Shown: positions 61,446-64,000 of the stretch, one piece after another
How positions within the stretch are numbered: position 1 is the first letter of the stretch
Layout: the number at the start of each line of letters is the position of its first letter
Virus record (IMG/VR): IMGVR_UViG_3300049004_000016
Coordinates: 1 to 64,000 of that record
Origin: a virus
Taxonomy: Duplodnaviria > Caudoviricetes
DNA length: 64,000 nt
Strand: one strand, 5' to 3'
Notes under the pieces: model-generated
Database searches by the model: none
Told to the model about the DNA's origin: nothing
The model's input: the letters and a program-made list of their open reading frames with translations, nothing else
Translations under genes and position numbers: made by a program

Positions 61446-62161
61446 CCGACGACCGGCTGCCGATCTCGGAGATCTTCGGACCGACGATCCAGGGTGAAGG
61501 ACCGGCCGCCGGGCAGTGCGCGACGTTCGTTCGGTTTATGGGCTGCAACCTGTCCTGCTCGTGGTGCGACACCGCATACACCTGGGACGGTGACCGGTTC
61601 GGTTTACGCGTCACCACCAATTGGTGGACACCAACCCAGATCCTGACCGAGGTAGCCAACAGATCAGACACCGGCATCGTTGTCGTCACCGGTGGTGAGC
61701 CACTGCTACGCCAAGACCACCCCGCATGGTCGGAGCTGCTGGCCGGGTTGATGGATGGCGGGTGGCGCCTGCACATCGAAACCAACGGCACCCTGGTCCC
61801 CACTGCGGAGACCTTGGCCGCCGCTGAGTTGATCTGCGTATCCCCGAAACTGGCCAACGCCGGGGAGCACCGGGGCCACCAGAACCCCACACCGCGCGCG
61901 GAGTTCGTGGACCTCGCCCACGCCCACCAATGCCTGCACCTCAAGGTCGTGTGCCAGGACGAGGGTGATGTGGAGCGCGCCGCACGCATGGCTCTGGCCC
62001 TGCGTTGGCCCTGGGGCCGTGTGTGGGTCATGCCGGAAGGCACAACCACGGAGGTCCTGAACCGCCGCTGGCCGGTGATCGCCAGTGCAGCCGCCCGACT
62101 GGGCATCAACGCAACCCACCGACTGCACGTCCTGGCGTGGGGTGACGAAAGGGGCCACTAG
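61442..62161 (+). CDS. queE: 7-carboxy-7-deazaguanine synthase (radical SAM)
   Basis: EIFGPTIQGEG, RFMGCNLSCSWCDT, TGGEP, IETNG, SPKL. Confidence 0.95.
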   Translation: MTDDRLPISEIFGPTIQGEGPAAGQCATFVRFMGCNLSCSWCDTAYTWDGDRFGLRVTTNWWTPTQILTEVANRSDTGIVVVTGGEPLLRQDHPAWSELLAGLMDGGWRLHIETNGTLVPTAETLAAAELICVSPKLANAGEHRGHQNPTPRAEFVDLAHAHQCLHLKVVCQDEGDVERAARMALALRWPWGRVWVMPEGTTTEVLNRRWPVIASAAARLGINATHRLHVLAWGDERGH

Positions 62162-62721
62162 TGGACGCCGAGCACTACGCGCGGAAGCTGATCGAGGCCC
62201 TGGACATCCCGGAAACGGAATCCACCAAGGACACACCCCGACGCCTGGTGGCTGCGCTCGAGGAAATGACCGCCGGTGTCCGCTTGGACCCCGCCCGGCA
62301 CCTGGCGGTGACGTTCCCCGCTGAGTCCCCCGATCCCGGCATGATCGTGGTGACCGGTATCCCGTTCATCAGCCTGTGTGAGCACCACATGCTCCCGTTC
62401 ACCGGGACCGCGACCGTGGGGTACCTGCCGGCGCCCGCTGCCCGCATCGTGGGGTTGTCGAAGCTGGCGCGGGTGGTCCAGGAGTACGCCGCCCGCCCGC
62501 AGGTCCAGGAACGCTTGGGTGACCTGATCACCACAGCGATCACCACCAACCTGGAGACGCTGGGTGCCGCGTGCGTGATCCGCGCCCACCACTCCTGCCT
62601 GACGTTGCGTGGTGCCCGTGCGACTGGCGCGAGCATGGTCACGTCCCACCTGTCGGGGCGGTTCCGTGATGAGCCGACTGTGCGCGCGGAGTTCCTGGCG
62701 CTGGCGGTGAACACCAACTAG
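62161..62721 (+). CDS. folE: GTP cyclohydrolase I
   Basis: DTPRR, SLCEHHMLPF, GLSKLAR, QVQERL, H.CLTLRG. Confidence 0.96.
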   Translation: MDAEHYARKLIEALDIPETESTKDTPRRLVAALEEMTAGVRLDPARHLAVTFPAESPDPGMIVVTGIPFISLCEHHMLPFTGTATVGYLPAPAARIVGLSKLARVVQEYAARPQVQERLGDLITTAITTNLETLGAACVIRAHHSCLTLRGARATGASMVTSHLSGRFRDEPTVRAEFLALAVNTN

Positions 62722-62735
62722 CTGGGGGTAGGCCG

Positions 62736-64000
62736 GTGACAGCGACGATTACCGGCCTTGACCTCGCCGCGTGGTCCAGTGCCTTGGACCGTTTGGACCC
62801 ACCACAGATCGATGTGTTCGGGAAGCTGGAATACGTCCCGACACCCAAACAGCAAATGTTCCATGACGCTACTGAGTTCGATGTGCTGTTCGGTGGGTCC
62901 CTCGGTGGTGGCAAGACCCGCGCGTTGACCATGGAAGCGATTAGGGCGTGCATCCGGTATCCCGGTATCCGGGTCGGGGCGTTTCGGAGAACCTACGGTG
63001 AGCTGAAAGAGTCGCTGCTGGCTGAGCTGATGCAAATCAACTACGCGGCAGCGGTGCGCGCGAAGTGGAACGGGTCGGATTACGAGCTGCGGTTCCCCAA
63101 CGGCTCGGTGATCATGTTCCGGTATGCGGAGTCCATGCAAGACGCCACCCGGCGTCAAGGTGGCCAGTACCAGTTGCTGATCTTCGATGAGCGGACGTTG
63201 ACACCCCCGGATGTAGTGTCCTTCCTGGAGTCCCGGCTGCGATCCGGCCGCAAGTCCATCCCGGTGCTCGGTATCAGATCCAGCGCGAACCCCGGTGGAC
63301 CTGGGCACGGCCGGGTGCGCGTGAAGTACGTCGATGCCACCAACTACGGCACCAAAGTCGTCCACGACGAACGCGGCCGGACCATCCGGTTCATCCCGTC
63401 ACGCATGGAAGACAACCCCCACCTGAACCCCGAGTACGAGAACGACCTCCTGGCGCTGCCTGAGGTGTTGCGGCGTGCCCTGCGTGAGGGCGACTGGGGT
63501 GTGTTCTCCGGTCAGGTGTTCTCCGAGTTGTCCCGTGACCGCCATGTGGTGGCACCGATCAACCTGCCGTTGTCGTGGCTGCGGTACAACGGCGTGGACT
63601 GGGGTTACGCCAAACCGTGGGCTGTGCTGTGGGCTGCCGTTGATGAGGACGGCCGGGTGTGGATCTACCGGGAGCTGTACGCCACCGGTGTGGGGGAAGC
63701 GGAGCAGGCCAGACGCATCCTGGCCGCTGAGGCCGACGATGAGAAAGTCACGGTCAGGTACGCCGACGACGCCATGTGGGCGACCCGTGGTGACGCCAAA
63801 CCGATCTCCGACATTTACGCCGAGAACGGTGTCCACCTCACGGAGGCCGGCAAGGGCGCCGGGTCGCGGATCATCGGCTGGCAACGCATCCACTCCTACC
63901 TGGACAACGGGCCCGCGTGCCCCCACCACCGTGCCCTGGGGTGGACCGAGTGCCCGATGCTCCACATTTTCGACACGGTGGAGAACCTGTGGCGGGAGCT
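62736..64000 (+). CDS. terL: terminase large subunit (truncated at window end)
   Basis: PTPKQ..F...LFGGSLGGGKT, FDE, SANPGG.GH, DNPHL, GVDWGY, YRELY (not in ORF track because it has no stop). Confidence 0.92.
   Translation, partial: MTATITGLDLAAWSSALDRLDPPQIDVFGKLEYVPTPKQQMFHDATEFDVLFGGSLGGGKTRALTMEAIRACIRYPGIRVGAFRRTYGELKESLLAELMQINYAAAVRAKWNGSDYELRFPNGSVIMFRYAESMQDATRRQGGQYQLLIFDERTLTPPDVVSFLESRLRSGRKSIPVLGIRSSANPGGPGHGRVRVKYVDATNYGTKVVHDERGRTIRFIPSRMEDNPHLNPEYENDLLALPEVLRRALREGDWGVFSGQVFSELSRDRHVVAPINLPLSWLRYNGVDWGYAKPWAVLWAAVDEDGRVWIYRELYATGVGEAEQARRILAAEADDEKVTVRYADDAMWATRGDAKPISDIYAENGVHLTEAGKGAGSRIIGWQRIHSYLDNGPACPHHRALGWTECPMLHIFDTVENLWRE

Noticed and set aside
62718-63965. Minus-strand ORFs at the window end
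   Set aside because: These are antisense shadows of the plus-strand terminase large subunit

Overview
This window is a 64-kb segment of a high-GC actinobacteriophage (or prophage) genome. No integrase, capsid or tail genes are seen. Layout: (i) a short rightward block (to ~2.3 kb); (ii) a long leftward early/replication region (~2.4-36 kb) with RusA, a LexA-type DNA-binding domain, a MetE-like protein, DUF1643, DUF5131, an ASCH protein, two DEDDh exonucleases, an N6-type methyltransferase, DUF3560, HNH, a Cas4/RecE-like nuclease, SSB, ERF, DnaB, a DnaC-like loader and a replication initiator with internal iteron-like repeats; (iii) a rightward region with an RNA-repair island (Rnl1, RlaP-like nucleotidyltransferase, Pnkp, second ligase) and many small promoter-bearing gene cassettes; (iv) secreted cell-wall enzymes (Rpf-LysM, NlpC/P60), a HicA-like gene, a putative terminase small subunit, a ParB-DpdA-(T-fold)-QueD-QueE-FolE 7-deazaguanine DNA-modification cluster without QueC, and a terminase large subunit running off the end. 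The most striking observation is regulatory. There are ten copies of a GTAAC-N17-CGA(T/C) promoter-like motif matching actinobacterial ECF SigD promoters, and a phage-encoded soluble homolog of the SigD-binding domain of the anti-sigma RsdA sits downstream of one copy. There is also a second conserved SigA-type promoter family and about 21 copies of a start-associated ACACGGAGG element. All assignments come from reading motifs by eye, without database searches.
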